Shown here piece after piece: positions 41,547-52,105 of a stretch of DNA of 64,000 nucleotides. The notes below the pieces were generated by a model. That model saw only the letters and a list, made by a program, of their open reading frames with translations, was not told the DNA's origin and ran no database searches. This DNA is from Gemmatimonadales bacterium (GTDB lineage Bacteria; Gemmatimonadota; Gemmatimonadetes; Gemmatimonadales; GWC2-71-9). Numbering within the stretch: the first letter of the stretch is position 1; each line of letters opens with the position of its first letter. The stretch is from positions 261,302 to 325,301 of the forward strand of contig JBGATI010000002.1 of NCBI GenBank assembly GCA_044229245.1, given 5' to 3'. A program made the position numbers and the translations under genes.

Positions 41547-43337
41547 CTACTCTGTCAGCCCGGCGAACAATCCGTGCCTGACTTTCGCCGCCTTGGGTGA
41601 GGCATTCGGGTCGACGACCGCGCGGGTGGTGGTGATCACGCGGAGCTGCACCGTGGCCGGGAGCGTGATCTCCTGGTCCCCACGCTTCACCCGGATCGGC
41701 AGTGCCTCTCCTTCGCGGGTCGCGTAGGTGGTGCGGAACTTCTCGAACGGATCCACGCCCGGGGTCACCGCCATTGACACCTCGCCGAGCGAGAGCAGCA
41801 GGTCACCGGCCTCCATCCCGGCAGTGGCGGCGACGCCACCCGGAATCACCTGCATGACGTGGACGCCGACGCTGTCGTTGTTGGTGTTGATGCCGAGTCG
41901 CGGGACGCGGACGCTGTCGGTCTGGAGCTTGAGTCCCGCGAGCGGCAGGATGCTGTCCCAGGGGAACGGCTCGCGGCCATCGACGTAGTTGTTGTTGAAG
42001 GCCTCGAACTTCCGCCCGCCCGCCGCGCGGCTCACCGCGCCCCACCACTCCGCGCTGCCGAAGCCGCGCCCGCGCTTGTAGGTCGTCTGGTAGACCTCCC
42101 GCATGACCCCGTCGAGCGACCGATGGTTGTCGCTCGCGTCCCGGATGATGATGTCCAGCATGAACCCCGCGAGCGACCCCTTCGGATAATAGAGGTAGCC
42201 GGTGCCGTCGGTCGGGTGGATCCAGGTCGAGAGCGACGCATCCTCGAGCGCGACCGGTGGCGCGTCCATCACGTTGGTGATCTTGCCCGTCGTGGTCTCG
42301 AGGAAGCCGGTGGAATCGACTGCGCCGCTCCGAAGGAGGGCGAGGTCGGCGTAGTAATCGGTGATCCCCTCGCTCACCCAGAGCCAGGGCGTCGGCTGGG
42401 CCACGTCATAGCGGTACGGCACCATCTCGGCGGGCCGCATCCGCTTCACGTTGATGGCGTGGAACATCTCGTGGGCGGTGACCGAGAGGAGCCACGGCTG
42501 CCCGATGCCCTGGGTGGTGTAGATGCCGAGGTGCGAGTTCTGGTGCTCGAGGGCGGAGCCGCCGCCGAAGCTCTCGGAGAACACCATCAGCGTGGTGTAG
42601 CTGTCGTAGGGCGTCTCGCCGATCACCGCGGTCTCCGGGGCGAACAGCTTCTGGTACTGCGCCCAGAAGGCGCTCCTGGCCTCACCCGAGAGCGTGCCCG
42701 CGGGGTAGCTCGCCAGCCGGACCTTGAGCCCGTTGACCATGTTGCTGTCGAGATCGAACGCGCCGACGAAGAACGGCATGTCCACGAGGTCGTGGTAGTT
42801 CTTCTCGGCGTAGCCGCTCGCGGGGCTGCCGTGCATGCCGGTCGCGATGTGCCAGTCGCTCTCGGTGTGTACCGCAATGATGGCGGGGAAGTCGAGGCTG
42901 CGGCCTTCCGGGTAGAGCAGGATGTTGGTGCCGTTGAAGAAGGCGAAATCCTTCTGGCTCCAGGCCATCGCGTTGTCGAGGGTGTCGGCCTGGAAGTCGA
43001 AGGCGACCGAGAGCTGCTTCGCGCCGGCCGCGCGGATGCGCCAGGTGTCGTAGTCGAGCTTGTCCCAGCGGAGCGGCTTGCCGGCGGCGGTCGGCGTGAA
43101 GCTCGAGACCCAGCGCGCGAAATTCGTCACTTCATAGGCACCCGGCGTCCAGCTCGGCAGCGACAGGAGGACGTCGCCGGAGCCGTTCACGTCCATCGTC
43201 ATGGCGACCTTGAGGCTCCGCCGTGCCGCGGTCTCGCGGGTGAACGTGACGTCGTAATGGATATTGGTGACCGGGGCCGAGACGGGAGCGGCGGGGCCCG
43301 CCGCGGTGAGGGCAAACAGGGCGAGACTGGCGAGCAT
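41547..43337 (-). CDS. M61 glycyl aminopeptidase family metalloprotease with PDZ domain
   Basis: Signal peptide, HEMFH zinc motif and a C-terminal PDZ-like GVHVMQVIPGGVAATAGMEAGDLLLSLG. Confidence 0.85.
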   Translation of the reverse strand: MLASLALFALTAAGPAAPVSAPVTNIHYDVTFTRETAARRSLKVAMTMDVNGSGDVLLSLPSWTPGAYEVTNFARWVSSFTPTAAGKPLRWDKLDYDTWRIRAAGAKQLSVAFDFQADTLDNAMAWSQKDFAFFNGTNILLYPEGRSLDFPAIIAVHTESDWHIATGMHGSPASGYAEKNYHDLVDMPFFVGAFDLDSNMVNGLKVRLASYPAGTLSGEARSAFWAQYQKLFAPETAVIGETPYDSYTTLMVFSESFGGGSALEHQNSHLGIYTTQGIGQPWLLSVTAHEMFHAINVKRMRPAEMVPYRYDVAQPTPWLWVSEGITDYYADLALLRSGAVDSTGFLETTTGKITNVMDAPPVALEDASLSTWIHPTDGTGYLYYPKGSLAGFMLDIIIRDASDNHRSLDGVMREVYQTTYKRGRGFGSAEWWGAVSRAAGGRKFEAFNNNYVDGREPFPWDSILPLAGLKLQTDSVRVPRLGINTNNDSVGVHVMQVIPGGVAATAGMEAGDLLLSLGEVSMAVTPGVDPFEKFRTTYATREGEALPIRVKRGDQEITLPATVQLRVITTTRAVVDPNASPKAAKVRHGLFAGLTE

Positions 43338-43437
43338 GGAGCGTCGATTCCTGGTAGAGAGACCCGGGATAGACGCGGCGATGCCCGAAAAGGTTGCAGT
43401 AGGGCGGGGCTCCGTCCCCGCCCGCCCCGATTGCCCG

Positions 43438-44760
43438 TTATTGCGGCGGCAGCGGCGGATGCACGCCCGAGGTGGACCCGAACCGCCGGGCGCCCGTCTC
43501 GTTGGCGCCCGCGGGGAAGCCGGGGGTGCCCAGTTCTCCTTCCCAGCGCGCCATGACGGCGGAGGCGAGGCAGTTGCCCAGCAGGTTGATCGAGGTCCGG
43601 GCCATGTCCATCAGCGCGTCGACGCCGAGGATCACGGCGATGCCCTCGATCGGCAGCTTGAACTGGGTGAGCGTGCCGGCGAGGATGACCAGCGAGGCGC
43701 GCGGCACTGCGGCGACGCCTTTGCTCGTCAGCATGAGCGTCAGCATCATCAGGAGCTGGGTGCCGAAGTCGAGCTGCACCCCGGCCGCTTGGGCGACGAA
43801 GATCGAGGCGACGGCGAGGTAGAGTGTCGAGCCGTCGAGGTTGAAGGAGTAGCCGGTGGGCAGCACGAAGGAGACGATCCGCTTCGGGACGCCGAAGGCT
43901 TCCATGTTCTCGAGCGCGAGCGGCAGGGCGGCCTCCGAGGAGGCGGTGCTGAAGGCGATGAGCCAGGGCTCCTTGGCGTAGCGCCAGAACGCCTTGAGCG
44001 GAATCCGGAAGAGCAGCGCCACCGGGATGAGGGCCACGACGACGAAGACGACGAGCGCCCCGTAGAGGGTGCCCACCAGCTTGGCGAGATTCTCCAGCAC
44101 TCCGATGCCGCTGTGCCCGATCGTGACCGCGACCGCGGCCCCGATGCCGAACGGCGCGAACTTCATCACCAGCCCCGTGAATTTGAACATCACCTCGGCC
44201 AGCCCCTCGAAGAACGAGAGCACCGTCTGCTTGTGCTTGCTCTTCACCTGGGAGAGCGCGATGGCGAACAGGATGGAGAAGAAGACGATCTGCAGCACTT
44301 CGTTCTTGGCCGCGGCATCGAAGAAGCTCGCCGGCACGGTGTGCTCCAGCACCCCGCTCAGCGTCGGCTTGTTGCTGGTGAACTGGGCGACCTGCGCGCT
44401 GTCCACCTTCACGTTGAGGTCGATGCCCACCCCGGGGCGGGTGAGGTTCACGGCGCCGAGCCCGATGAAGAGCGCCGCCGTCGTCATGATCTCGAAGTAG
44501 ATGATGGAGCGGAACGCGAGCCGGCCGACCCGCTTGAGATCGTCGCCGTGGCCCGCGATGCCGGTCACCAGGCTCGCGAAGACCAGCGGCACGACGATCG
44601 ACTTGATCATCCGGAGGAAGATCGACGAGATCGGCTGGAGGTAGACGCTCAGGTCGGTGTTCGTCCAGACTGCATTGTCGAGGTAGCCCAGCGCCACCCC
44701 GACGAACATCGAGATGATGATCCACCAGGTGAGCGAGATGCGCCGCAGGAAGCCGGTCAT
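43438..44760 (-). CDS. dicarboxylate/amino acid:cation symporter (DAACS family)
   Basis: SSEAALP and TLYLAVASIFVAQA motifs, with a multi-TM layout typical of GltP/DctA. Confidence 0.9.
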   Translation of the reverse strand: MTGFLRRISLTWWIIISMFVGVALGYLDNAVWTNTDLSVYLQPISSIFLRMIKSIVVPLVFASLVTGIAGHGDDLKRVGRLAFRSIIYFEIMTTAALFIGLGAVNLTRPGVGIDLNVKVDSAQVAQFTSNKPTLSGVLEHTVPASFFDAAAKNEVLQIVFFSILFAIALSQVKSKHKQTVLSFFEGLAEVMFKFTGLVMKFAPFGIGAAVAVTIGHSGIGVLENLAKLVGTLYGALVVFVVVALIPVALLFRIPLKAFWRYAKEPWLIAFSTASSEAALPLALENMEAFGVPKRIVSFVLPTGYSFNLDGSTLYLAVASIFVAQAAGVQLDFGTQLLMMLTLMLTSKGVAAVPRASLVILAGTLTQFKLPIEGIAVILGVDALMDMARTSINLLGNCLASAVMARWEGELGTPGFPAGANETGARRFGSTSGVHPPLPPQ

Positions 44761-44888
44761 GGATGATCGGTCGAGTGGGTGGCGAAGAGGGAACGAGGGA
44801 CCGGGGAATAATGAGCCGGAAGGGGCGCCACCGCTACCGAAGAGACCGGACTCCCCGCTAGCCTTCCCGGGTCCCTGTCCGGTCTCCC

Positions 44889-46415
44889 GTGCCCCGCCTG
44901 CCCATGCTCACCGACTACCTCCGGCGCATCCTGAATGCCCGGGTCTACGACGTCGCGATCGAGACCCCGCTCGAGCTCGCCCCCAGCCTGAGTGCGCGGA
45001 TCGGCAACCGGGTCCTGCTCAAGCGCGAGGACATGCAGCCGGTCTTCTCGTTCAAGCTCCGGGGCGCCTACAACAAGATGGTGCAGCTCCCGCCCGCGGT
45101 GCTCCGCCGCGGCGTCATCGCCGCCTCCGCCGGTAATCATGCGCAGGGCGTCGCCCTCGCGGCCCAGCGGCTCGGGTGCAAGGCGACGATCGTCATGCCG
45201 GTGACCACGCCCAGGATCAAGGTGGACGCCGTCGCGGCACGGGGTGCCCGGGTGGTGCTCTTCGGCGACACTTACGACGAGGCCTCGGGCGAGGCGCGCC
45301 GGCTCGAGAAGGTGAAGCGGCTGACCTTCGTGCACCCCTACGACGATCCCGATGTGATCGCGGGGCAGGGCACCATCGGGCTCGAGATCCTCCGTCAGGC
45401 GCACCGCCCGATCGACGCGATCTTCGTGGCGGTCGGCGGGGGCGGGCTCATCGCCGGGGTCGGCGCGGTCATCAAGCAGCTCCACCCCGAGATCAGGATC
45501 ATCGGGGTGGAGCCGACCGATGCCGATGCGATGGATCGCTCGCTCAGAGCGGGCCGCCGAGTGAGGCTCGATCACGTCGGACTCTTCGCCGACGGTGTCG
45601 CGGTACGGCAGGTGGGGGAGGAGAGCTTCCGGGTGGCGCGCCAGGTGGTGGACGAGATGATCCTCGTCGACACCGACGCGATCTGCGCGGCGATCAAGGA
45701 TGTCTTCGAGGATACCCGGAGCATCCTCGAGCCGGCGGGCGCGCTCGCCATCGCCGGCGCCAAGGCCTGGGCCGCAAAGCACCGCGCGCACGACAAGGAA
45801 CTCGTCGCGATCGCCTGCGGCGCGAACATCAACTTCGACCGGCTCCGCTTCGTCTCCGAACGGGCCGAGATGGGCGAGCGGCGCGAGGCGATTCTCGCGG
45901 TCACCATCCCCGAGCGGCCTGGCAGCTTCAAGCGCTTCTGCGCCGCGATCGGCCCGCGCAACGTCACCGAGTTCAACTACCGCATGGCCGATCCCGACCA
46001 GGCCCACGTCTTCGTCGGCCTGCAGGTGCAGGACCAGGCCGAGACCGCGGCGGTGGTGAAGCGGCTCCGCGCCAGAGGGTTCAGGACCCTCGATCTCTCG
46101 GGCAACGAGACGGCCAAGCTGCATGTGCGCCACCTCGTCGGGGGCCATGCACCACTGGCGCGCGACGAGCTGATCTATCGCTTCGAATTTCCGGAGCGCC
46201 CCGGTGCGCTGATGAAGTTCCTCAATTCGATGCGGTCCGACTGGAACATCAGCCTCTTCCACTACCGCAATCACGGCGCGGACTACGGCCGGGTGCTGGT
46301 GGGGATGCAGGTGCCGCCTGGCGAGATGGCGTCGTTCCGGAAATTCCTCGACACCCTGGGCTATCCCTGGGTGGACGAGACCGGAAATCCGGCGTATCGG
46401 CTTTTTCTGGGGTGA
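44889..46415 (+). CDS. ilvA: threonine ammonia-lyase, biosynthetic (two ACT-like C-terminal domains)
   Basis: PLP-lysine motif FSFKLRGAYNKM. A 508-aa long form with a duplicated regulatory domain. Confidence 0.9.
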   Translation: MPRLPMLTDYLRRILNARVYDVAIETPLELAPSLSARIGNRVLLKREDMQPVFSFKLRGAYNKMVQLPPAVLRRGVIAASAGNHAQGVALAAQRLGCKATIVMPVTTPRIKVDAVAARGARVVLFGDTYDEASGEARRLEKVKRLTFVHPYDDPDVIAGQGTIGLEILRQAHRPIDAIFVAVGGGGLIAGVGAVIKQLHPEIRIIGVEPTDADAMDRSLRAGRRVRLDHVGLFADGVAVRQVGEESFRVARQVVDEMILVDTDAICAAIKDVFEDTRSILEPAGALAIAGAKAWAAKHRAHDKELVAIACGANINFDRLRFVSERAEMGERREAILAVTIPERPGSFKRFCAAIGPRNVTEFNYRMADPDQAHVFVGLQVQDQAETAAVVKRLRARGFRTLDLSGNETAKLHVRHLVGGHAPLARDELIYRFEFPERPGALMKFLNSMRSDWNISLFHYRNHGADYGRVLVGMQVPPGEMASFRKFLDTLGYPWVDETGNPAYRLFLG

Positions 46416-46435
46416 CGGCGCACGGCCCTGCGCGC

Positions 46436-47191
46436 CTACACCAACCGCACCCCGAATTCCCGCTGCAGTCCGCGCCGTCCCGCGCCGGTGAGCTTGAGCG
46501 CGCGGGTCCCCCGTCGTCGCTCGAACCACTCCAGCTCCAGCACCCGTCCGAGCAGCGCCTGGCCCAGCGCACCGGCGAGGTGATAGCGCCGCTCGCTCCA
46601 GTCGAGGCAGGCGCGGGCGAGGTAGCGCCTTGACGCGCGGACCTCTTCCGCGAGGTGTGCGGTGTCGACGCCGAAGGCGCCGAGTCGCGTCCGCCCGGCC
46701 GGGGTGATGCTGTAGGTGCGTCCGTCGGCGGCGATCGTCCCCTCGCTGGTGAGTGCTTCCGTCAGCGCGACGCCGGCCGTCCCGGCCAGGTGATCGTAGC
46801 AGCTCCGCGCGAGACGCAGGTCACTCCCGATCGCACGGTCGCCTGCCCCGCGCGCCACCGCGGAGGTGCCGAGCAGCGCGAGCGACTCGAGCACGCGCGG
46901 GACGTCGCCGTTCGAAAGCCGGAAGTACCGATGCCGCCCGTGCTGCTCCGCGCCGACCCATCCGGCGGCCAGCAGCTTCCCGAGATGGGCACTCGCGGTG
47001 GGCGCTCCGACGCCCGCTGCCCGCGCGAGTTCTCCCGCCGGCAGGGCACGTCCATCGGCGAGCGCCCAGAGCATCGCCACCCGCGCCGGGTCGGCGAGCA
47101 ACGCGGCGGCGGGCGCGACCGAGGCATCGGGCAGTCGGCGGGGGCTCTTCCTCATGCGACGAATATGGGGCCGGGATGGTTCGTCGGCCAT
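46436..47191 (-). CDS. ArsR-type winged-helix transcriptional regulator with C-terminal extension
   Basis: LADPARVAMLWALADGRALPAGELARAAGVGAPTASAHLGKLLAAGWV is a typical ArsR HTH. Confidence 0.75.
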   Translation of the reverse strand: MADEPSRPHIRRMRKSPRRLPDASVAPAAALLADPARVAMLWALADGRALPAGELARAAGVGAPTASAHLGKLLAAGWVGAEQHGRHRYFRLSNGDVPRVLESLALLGTSAVARGAGDRAIGSDLRLARSCYDHLAGTAGVALTEALTSEGTIAADGRTYSITPAGRTRLGAFGVDTAHLAEEVRASRRYLARACLDWSERRYHLAGALGQALLGRVLELEWFERRRGTRALKLTGAGRRGLQREFGVRLV

Positions 47192-47239
47192 CGAAACGTC
47201 GCGATGCTATCCTGCGGCTCCCCGTGACCGGAGCCTCCC

Positions 47240-47581
47240 GTGACCGTGACCTGCGTCATCCGCTATCAGATCGATCCCTTCCAGCTCGAGGCCTTCGCGG
47301 GCTACGCCGCGGCGTGGGGTCGCATCATCCCGCGATGCGGTGGCCACCTCCTCGGCTACTTCCTGCCGCACGAGGGGACGAACGATGTGGCCTGGGGGCT
47401 GATCGGCTTCGGGAGTCTCGCGGAGTACGAGGCCTACCGTGCCCGGCTCAGGATGGACGCCGAGGCCCTGGCCAACTTCGCGATGGCCCGGTCGAAGCGG
47501 CTCATCCTGCGCGAAGAACGCCAGTTCGTCCTCGCGGTCGAGGGCACGGTCGGTCTCGCTCCAGATCGGGCGGAGTCATGA
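47240..47581 (+). CDS. NIPSNAP family protein
   Basis: 113 aa with a dimeric alpha-beta-barrel-like pattern (IRYQIDP...[12 protein letters not shown]). GTG start. Confidence 0.65.
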   Translation: MTVTCVIRYQIDPFQLEAFAGYAAAWGRIIPRCGGHLLGYFLPHEGTNDVAWGLIGFGSLAEYEAYRARLRMDAEALANFAMARSKRLILREERQFVLAVEGTVGLAPDRAES

Positions 47582-47922
47582 TCGGGGTGATCTTCGAAGT
47601 CTGGCCGGCGGAGGGGCGCCGAGATGAGTACCTGGCGCTCGCGGCGGAGCTGCGTCCGATGCTGAACCAGATCGAGGGGTTCATCGCGGTCGAGCGGTTC
47701 GAGAGCCTCGCGGAGCCCGGCAAGCTGCTCTCGCTCAGCTTCTTCCGGGACGAGGAGGCGGTGGCCCGCTGGCGCTCGGTCGCGGAGCACCGGGTGGCCC
47801 AGCGCTCCGGTCGCCGAGGAATCTTCCGCGACTACCGCCTGCGCGTAGTGAGCGTCGTGCGGGACTACGGCATGCACCAACGAGAAGAGGCCCCGGCCGA
47901 CAGCCGGGACCTCCACGGGTGA
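47578..47922 (+). CDS. antibiotic-biosynthesis-monooxygenase (ABM) domain protein
   Basis: [10 protein letters not shown]...[11 protein letters not shown]...[14 protein letters not shown]. Start overlaps the previous stop (ATGA). Confidence 0.75.
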   Translation: MIGVIFEVWPAEGRRDEYLALAAELRPMLNQIEGFIAVERFESLAEPGKLLSLSFFRDEEAVARWRSVAEHRVAQRSGRRGIFRDYRLRVVSVVRDYGMHQREEAPADSRDLHG

Positions 47923-47928
47923 GACAGA

Positions 47929-49035
47929 CTAGACGAGTGCCGCGGCCTTCTGCTCGATCACCTTGAGCAGCGAATCGAACGATCCGGCGAACGACGCGAC
48001 CCCTTCGACCTCGAGATTGGTCGTGACCGTCTCGAGGTTGATGCCGAGGTCCGCCAGCAGCCGGAGCGTCACGCTCGCCTCGGCCATCCCCTCTCGAATC
48101 CGTACCTTCGGGTTGCCATGGTCGCGGTACGCCGCGAAGGTGGCGGGCGGCAGGGTGTTCACCGTCTGGTCCGCGATGAGTGCCTCGACATAGTAGACGT
48201 CCGACAGCGCCGGATCCTTGGCGCTGGTCGAGGCCCAGAGCGGCCGCTGGACCATCGCGCCCTGGGCGGCGAGCGCCCGCCACCGCGGGGAGGCGAACAG
48301 CTCCTCGAATGCGGCATACGCGGCGCACGCATTGGCGATCGCGGCGCGCGAGGTGGGGAGCCCGGCGCCGCTGCTCGGCTCGAGCTTCTTGAGCAGCGGA
48401 TCGACCTTGCCATCCACCCGGCTCACGAAGAAGCTGGCGACCGACGCGACCCCCTTCACCGGCTTGCCGGACGCCGCTCGCTGCTCGAGCCCTGCGAAGA
48501 AGGCATTCACCACCTCCCGGTAGCGGGCCACGGCGAAGAGCAGCGTCACATTGACGTTGATTCCCTTCGACAGGCAGTGCGTGATCGCCGGCAGCCCTTC
48601 CCTGGTGCCCGGAATCTTGATCATCACGTTCGGCCGCGCGATCCGCGCCCAGAGCCGCTCCGCCTCGGCGATGGTTCCCGCGGCGTCGTGCGCGAGCGTG
48701 GGCGAGACCTCGATCGAGACCAGGCCGTCCATCCCCCCGCTCTCCCGGTAGATCGGCAGGAAGAGATCGCAGGCCGCGCGCACATCCTCGATGGCCAGCG
48801 CCTCGAAGATCTCCGCCGGGCGGCGCCCCTCGGAGGCCAGTCGCCGGATGTCCTCGTCGTAGAGGTCGCTCCCGGCGATCGCCTTCTCGAAGATGGTCGG
48901 ATTGGTCGTCATCCCTCGCAGCCCGTCCTCGGCGATGAGCCGTGCCAGCTCGCCGGAGGTCACCAGGTCGCGGGTGATGAAGTCGTACCAGGGGCTCTGG
49001 CCGTGGGCGCCGAGCTGAATGAGCGGATTGGTCAC
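47929..49035 (-). CDS. tal: transaldolase
   Basis: [19 protein letters not shown] and IKIPGT motifs. Confidence 0.9.
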   Translation of the reverse strand: MTNPLIQLGAHGQSPWYDFITRDLVTSGELARLIAEDGLRGMTTNPTIFEKAIAGSDLYDEDIRRLASEGRRPAEIFEALAIEDVRAACDLFLPIYRESGGMDGLVSIEVSPTLAHDAAGTIAEAERLWARIARPNVMIKIPGTREGLPAITHCLSKGINVNVTLLFAVARYREVVNAFFAGLEQRAASGKPVKGVASVASFFVSRVDGKVDPLLKKLEPSSGAGLPTSRAAIANACAAYAAFEELFASPRWRALAAQGAMVQRPLWASTSAKDPALSDVYYVEALIADQTVNTLPPATFAAYRDHGNPKVRIREGMAEASVTLRLLADLGINLETVTTNLEVEGVASFAGSFDSLLKVIEQKAAALV

Positions 49036-51035
49036 TTGGTCTTCTCCATGACACGCTTGACGTCGGCCACGATCCGCTCCGTCGTGAATCCGAACTCCTT
49101 GAACAGCCGGTCTGCCGGCGCCGATGCGCCGAAGTGATCCAGGCCGATGACGGCGCCCTGCTCTCCGACCCAGCGATGCCAGCCGAAGGTCGTCGCGGCT
49201 TCGATCGCGACCCGGGCCCGCACGGCGGGCGGCAGCACCGCATCACGATAGGCGGCCGGCTGGGCTTCGAACAGCTCCCATGAGGGCAGCGAGACGAGCC
49301 GTGCCTGAATTCCCTCTCCATGCAGCCGCTCGACCGCGGTCATCGCAAGATGCACCTCGGCGCCCGTCGCTATGACGATCGCCGTCGGAGTGCCGCTCGG
49401 CGCATCGAGCAGCACATAGCCGCCCTTCGCCGCACCTGCGGCGGGCGCCAGCTTCGAGCGATCCAGGATCGGGAGCTTCTGCCTGGAGAAGACCAGCACC
49501 GTCGGCCCCGTCTCGCGGGTGATCGCCCCGCGCCACGCTTCGACGGTCTCGGTGGCATCGGCGGGGCGGATGACGCAGACGTTCGGCGTCGCGCGCAGCA
49601 TCGCGAGCTGCTCGATCGGCTGGTGGGTCGGTCCATCTTCGCCGAGGCCGATGGAATCGTGGGTGCCGATGTAGATCACGGGCAGCCCCATCAGGCCGGA
49701 GAGCCGGATCGACGGTTTGCAGTAGTCGGTGAAGATCAGGAAGGTGCTGCCGAACGGCCGCACGCCGCCGTGTGCCGCCATGCCGTTGAGACAGGCGCCC
49801 ATGCCGTGCTCGCGGACGCCCCAGTGCAGGTTGCGGCCCGTTCCCGTCGCGGAGAAGCTGCCGCCGCCCTTGATGTCGGTGCCGGTGCTTTCGGCCAGGT
49901 CGGCGGAGCCGCCCATCAGATTGGGGAGTTTCGCGGCGATGGCGTTGAGCACCTTCGCGGAGGCCTGGCGCGTCGCGAGCTGGCCATCCGCAGGGGTGAA
50001 GACCGGCAGCGCGGCATCCCACCCTGCGGGAAGCCTGCCCCCCAGCCACTGCTCGAATTCGGCGGCATCGGCCGGGTGCGCGGTGCGGTAGCGGGTGAAC
50101 TGCTCCTCCCAGGCGGCGCGAGCCTCCCGACCACGTGTCATGCAACGGGTCCGCCACTCCGCGGCCTCCGGGGCCACATGGAACGGTGTCTCCGGCCAGC
50201 CAAGGATCGCCTTGGTTCTCGCGACCTCTTCCTTTCCGAGCGGGGCGCCGTGCGCGGAGGAGGTATTGCCCTTGGTCGGAGCGGGGTCGCCGATCCGGGT
50301 CTTCAGACAGATCAGGGTCGGGCGGCTGGTCTCGTCCCGTGCGGTGGTGAGCGCGGCGGCGATCGCTTCCAGGTCGTTGCCGTCGGCGACGCGGAGCACC
50401 TGCCAGCCATAGGCCTCGAACCGTTTCCCCACGTCCTCCGTGAAGCTGAGTGTGGTGTCGCCGTCGATCGTGATGTGATTGTCGTCGAAGATCAGGTTCA
50501 CGTGGCCCAGTTGCAGGTGGCCGGCGATCGAGGCGGCTTCGCTCGCTACCCCCTCCATGAGGTCGCCGTCACTCACGAATCCCCAGACCCGGTGCTGCAC
50601 CAGCGGAAAGCCCGGCCGGTTGAAGCGTGCCGCGAGCGTCCGTTCGGCGATCGCCATGCCCACGGCATTGCCGAGGCCCTGGCCCAGGGGACCGGTGGTG
50701 GTCTCGACGCCAGGCGTGTGACCCCGTTCGGGGTGACCCGGGGTCTTCGAACCCCATTGCCGGAACTGCTTGAGGTCTTCGAGGCTCACCGCGTAGCCGC
50801 TCAGGTGGAGCAGCCCGTAGATGAGCATGGAGGCGTGTCCGCAGGACAGCACGAAGCGGTCTCGGTCGGCCCAGTCGGGCGCGGCCGGATCGAAGCGAAG
50901 GAAACGGTCCCAGAGCACGTAGGCGGCTGGCGCGAGCGCCATCGGCGTGCCCGGATGCCCGGACTGGGCCTGCTCGACGGCGTCCATGGCCAGCACGCGC
51001 AGGGAGTTGATGGTGCGCCAGGCGGATTCGGACAT
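49032..51035 (-). CDS. tkt: transketolase
   Basis: [36 protein letters not shown] motifs. Confidence 0.95.
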   Translation of the reverse strand: MSESAWRTINSLRVLAMDAVEQAQSGHPGTPMALAPAAYVLWDRFLRFDPAAPDWADRDRFVLSCGHASMLIYGLLHLSGYAVSLEDLKQFRQWGSKTPGHPERGHTPGVETTTGPLGQGLGNAVGMAIAERTLAARFNRPGFPLVQHRVWGFVSDGDLMEGVASEAASIAGHLQLGHVNLIFDDNHITIDGDTTLSFTEDVGKRFEAYGWQVLRVADGNDLEAIAAALTTARDETSRPTLICLKTRIGDPAPTKGNTSSAHGAPLGKEEVARTKAILGWPETPFHVAPEAAEWRTRCMTRGREARAAWEEQFTRYRTAHPADAAEFEQWLGGRLPAGWDAALPVFTPADGQLATRQASAKVLNAIAAKLPNLMGGSADLAESTGTDIKGGGSFSATGTGRNLHWGVREHGMGACLNGMAAHGGVRPFGSTFLIFTDYCKPSIRLSGLMGLPVIYIGTHDSIGLGEDGPTHQPIEQLAMLRATPNVCVIRPADATETVEAWRGAITRETGPTVLVFSRQKLPILDRSKLAPAAGAAKGGYVLLDAPSGTPTAIVIATGAEVHLAMTAVERLHGEGIQARLVSLPSWELFEAQPAAYRDAVLPPAVRARVAIEAATTFGWHRWVGEQGAVIGLDHFGASAPADRLFKEFGFTTERIVADVKRVMEKTK

Positions 51036-51148
51036 GTGGGATTCTGGGGTGGGGCGAGGCGCGGTGGCCGGGGTGGTCAGGGGCGAGGCTCCGGTAAGGA
51101 CGGCTCAAAATAGTGGCTGGTGGCGGGCGGTGTGAGGGGGGATTATAC

Positions 51149-51179
51149 TGTTCATGGTTCGTATGTCAAACTATGAACA
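51149..51179. promoter_or_regulatory. 7-bp inverted repeat TGTTCAT-N17-ATGAACA next to TATACT, candidate operator/promoter of the carotenoid locus
   Basis: The only AT-rich patch in the tkt/regulator intergenic region. TATACT at 51144-51149 abuts the left half-site. Confidence 0.3.
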
Positions 51180-51204
51180 CCCAGAGAGCCGGGCAGGAAC
51201 CGCC

Positions 51205-52104
51205 ATGACCACCATGACCGCCAACCGCAGCTATGAAATCCACGAAGTCGCCGAGCTGACCGGGCTGGCCACCGCCCGGCTCCGGGCGTGGGAGCGCCGC
51301 TATGAGGTGGTGCGCCCGCGCCGCCAGCCCAACCGGTACCGGGCCTATTCGATCGAGCAGGTCGCCCTGTTGCGCGCCTTCGCCCGGCTCTGTGCGGCGG
51401 GAGAGCGGATCGGGGATCTGGTGAAGGAGGAGCGGGAATCCGTCATCGCCCGGGCCGAGGGTCGCGCGACCGATGGGTCGCCGCTCGCGCAGCTCCTCAC
51501 CGCGGCGAAACGCCTCGATCGGGATCGGCTCTCCGCGCTGCTGGCCGAGCATCGGCGCCGCATGGACCTCACTAGCTTTGGGCGGGACATCGTGATGCCG
51601 CTCGGCGAGGTGATCGGGGATCTCTGGGCGCTGGGCAAGCTGAGCGTCGCCGTGGAGCACCTCGCCAGCGAAGTCATCGTCCAGCAGCTCAAGACCGATC
51701 TGTCGAACGGACCGGCGACCGGGCCGGTGCTGCTGGCCGCCTGTCTCCCGGGGGAGCATCACGAGTGGGGATTCCTGGTGACGCTCACGCAGCTCCAGGT
51801 GCGCGGCTGGCGCGTTCACTATCTCGGCGCCAACCTGCCCACCAAGGACATCGTGGAGGCGAGCTGGACGGTGATTCCGCGGGTGGTCGCGCTGTCGGCC
51901 GCGGATCCGGCCAACGTGACGCTCCGCCTGCCGGAGCTGCGCCGGCTGCCGCGACTGCTTCCCCCGGGGACGATGGTCGTCCTGGGTGGTCAGGGCGCCG
52001 AAGTGAACGGCGCCAAGCTTCGCCGCTCGGGCCTCAAGGTCGGGGCCGAGCACATTCCTGAACCTCAATCCGAGCCGGCCCCACGCCTGGCGGGCCGCAG
52101 CTGA
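51205..52104 (+). CDS. MerR-family regulator with B12-binding domain (CarH/LitR-like)
   Basis: N-terminal YEIHEVAELTGLATARLRAWERRY is a MerR HTH. C-terminal LPGEHHEWG...VHYLGANLP is a B12-binding (D/E)xHxxG motif. Start placed at ATG 51205; ATG 51154 is possible but lies inside the inverted repeat. Confidence 0.75.
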   Translation: MTTMTANRSYEIHEVAELTGLATARLRAWERRYEVVRPRRQPNRYRAYSIEQVALLRAFARLCAAGERIGDLVKEERESVIARAEGRATDGSPLAQLLTAAKRLDRDRLSALLAEHRRRMDLTSFGRDIVMPLGEVIGDLWALGKLSVAVEHLASEVIVQQLKTDLSNGPATGPVLLAACLPGEHHEWGFLVTLTQLQVRGWRVHYLGANLPTKDIVEASWTVIPRVVALSAADPANVTLRLPELRRLPRLLPPGTMVVLGGQGAEVNGAKLRRSGLKVGAEHIPEPQSEPAPRLAGRS

Positions 52105-52105
52105 C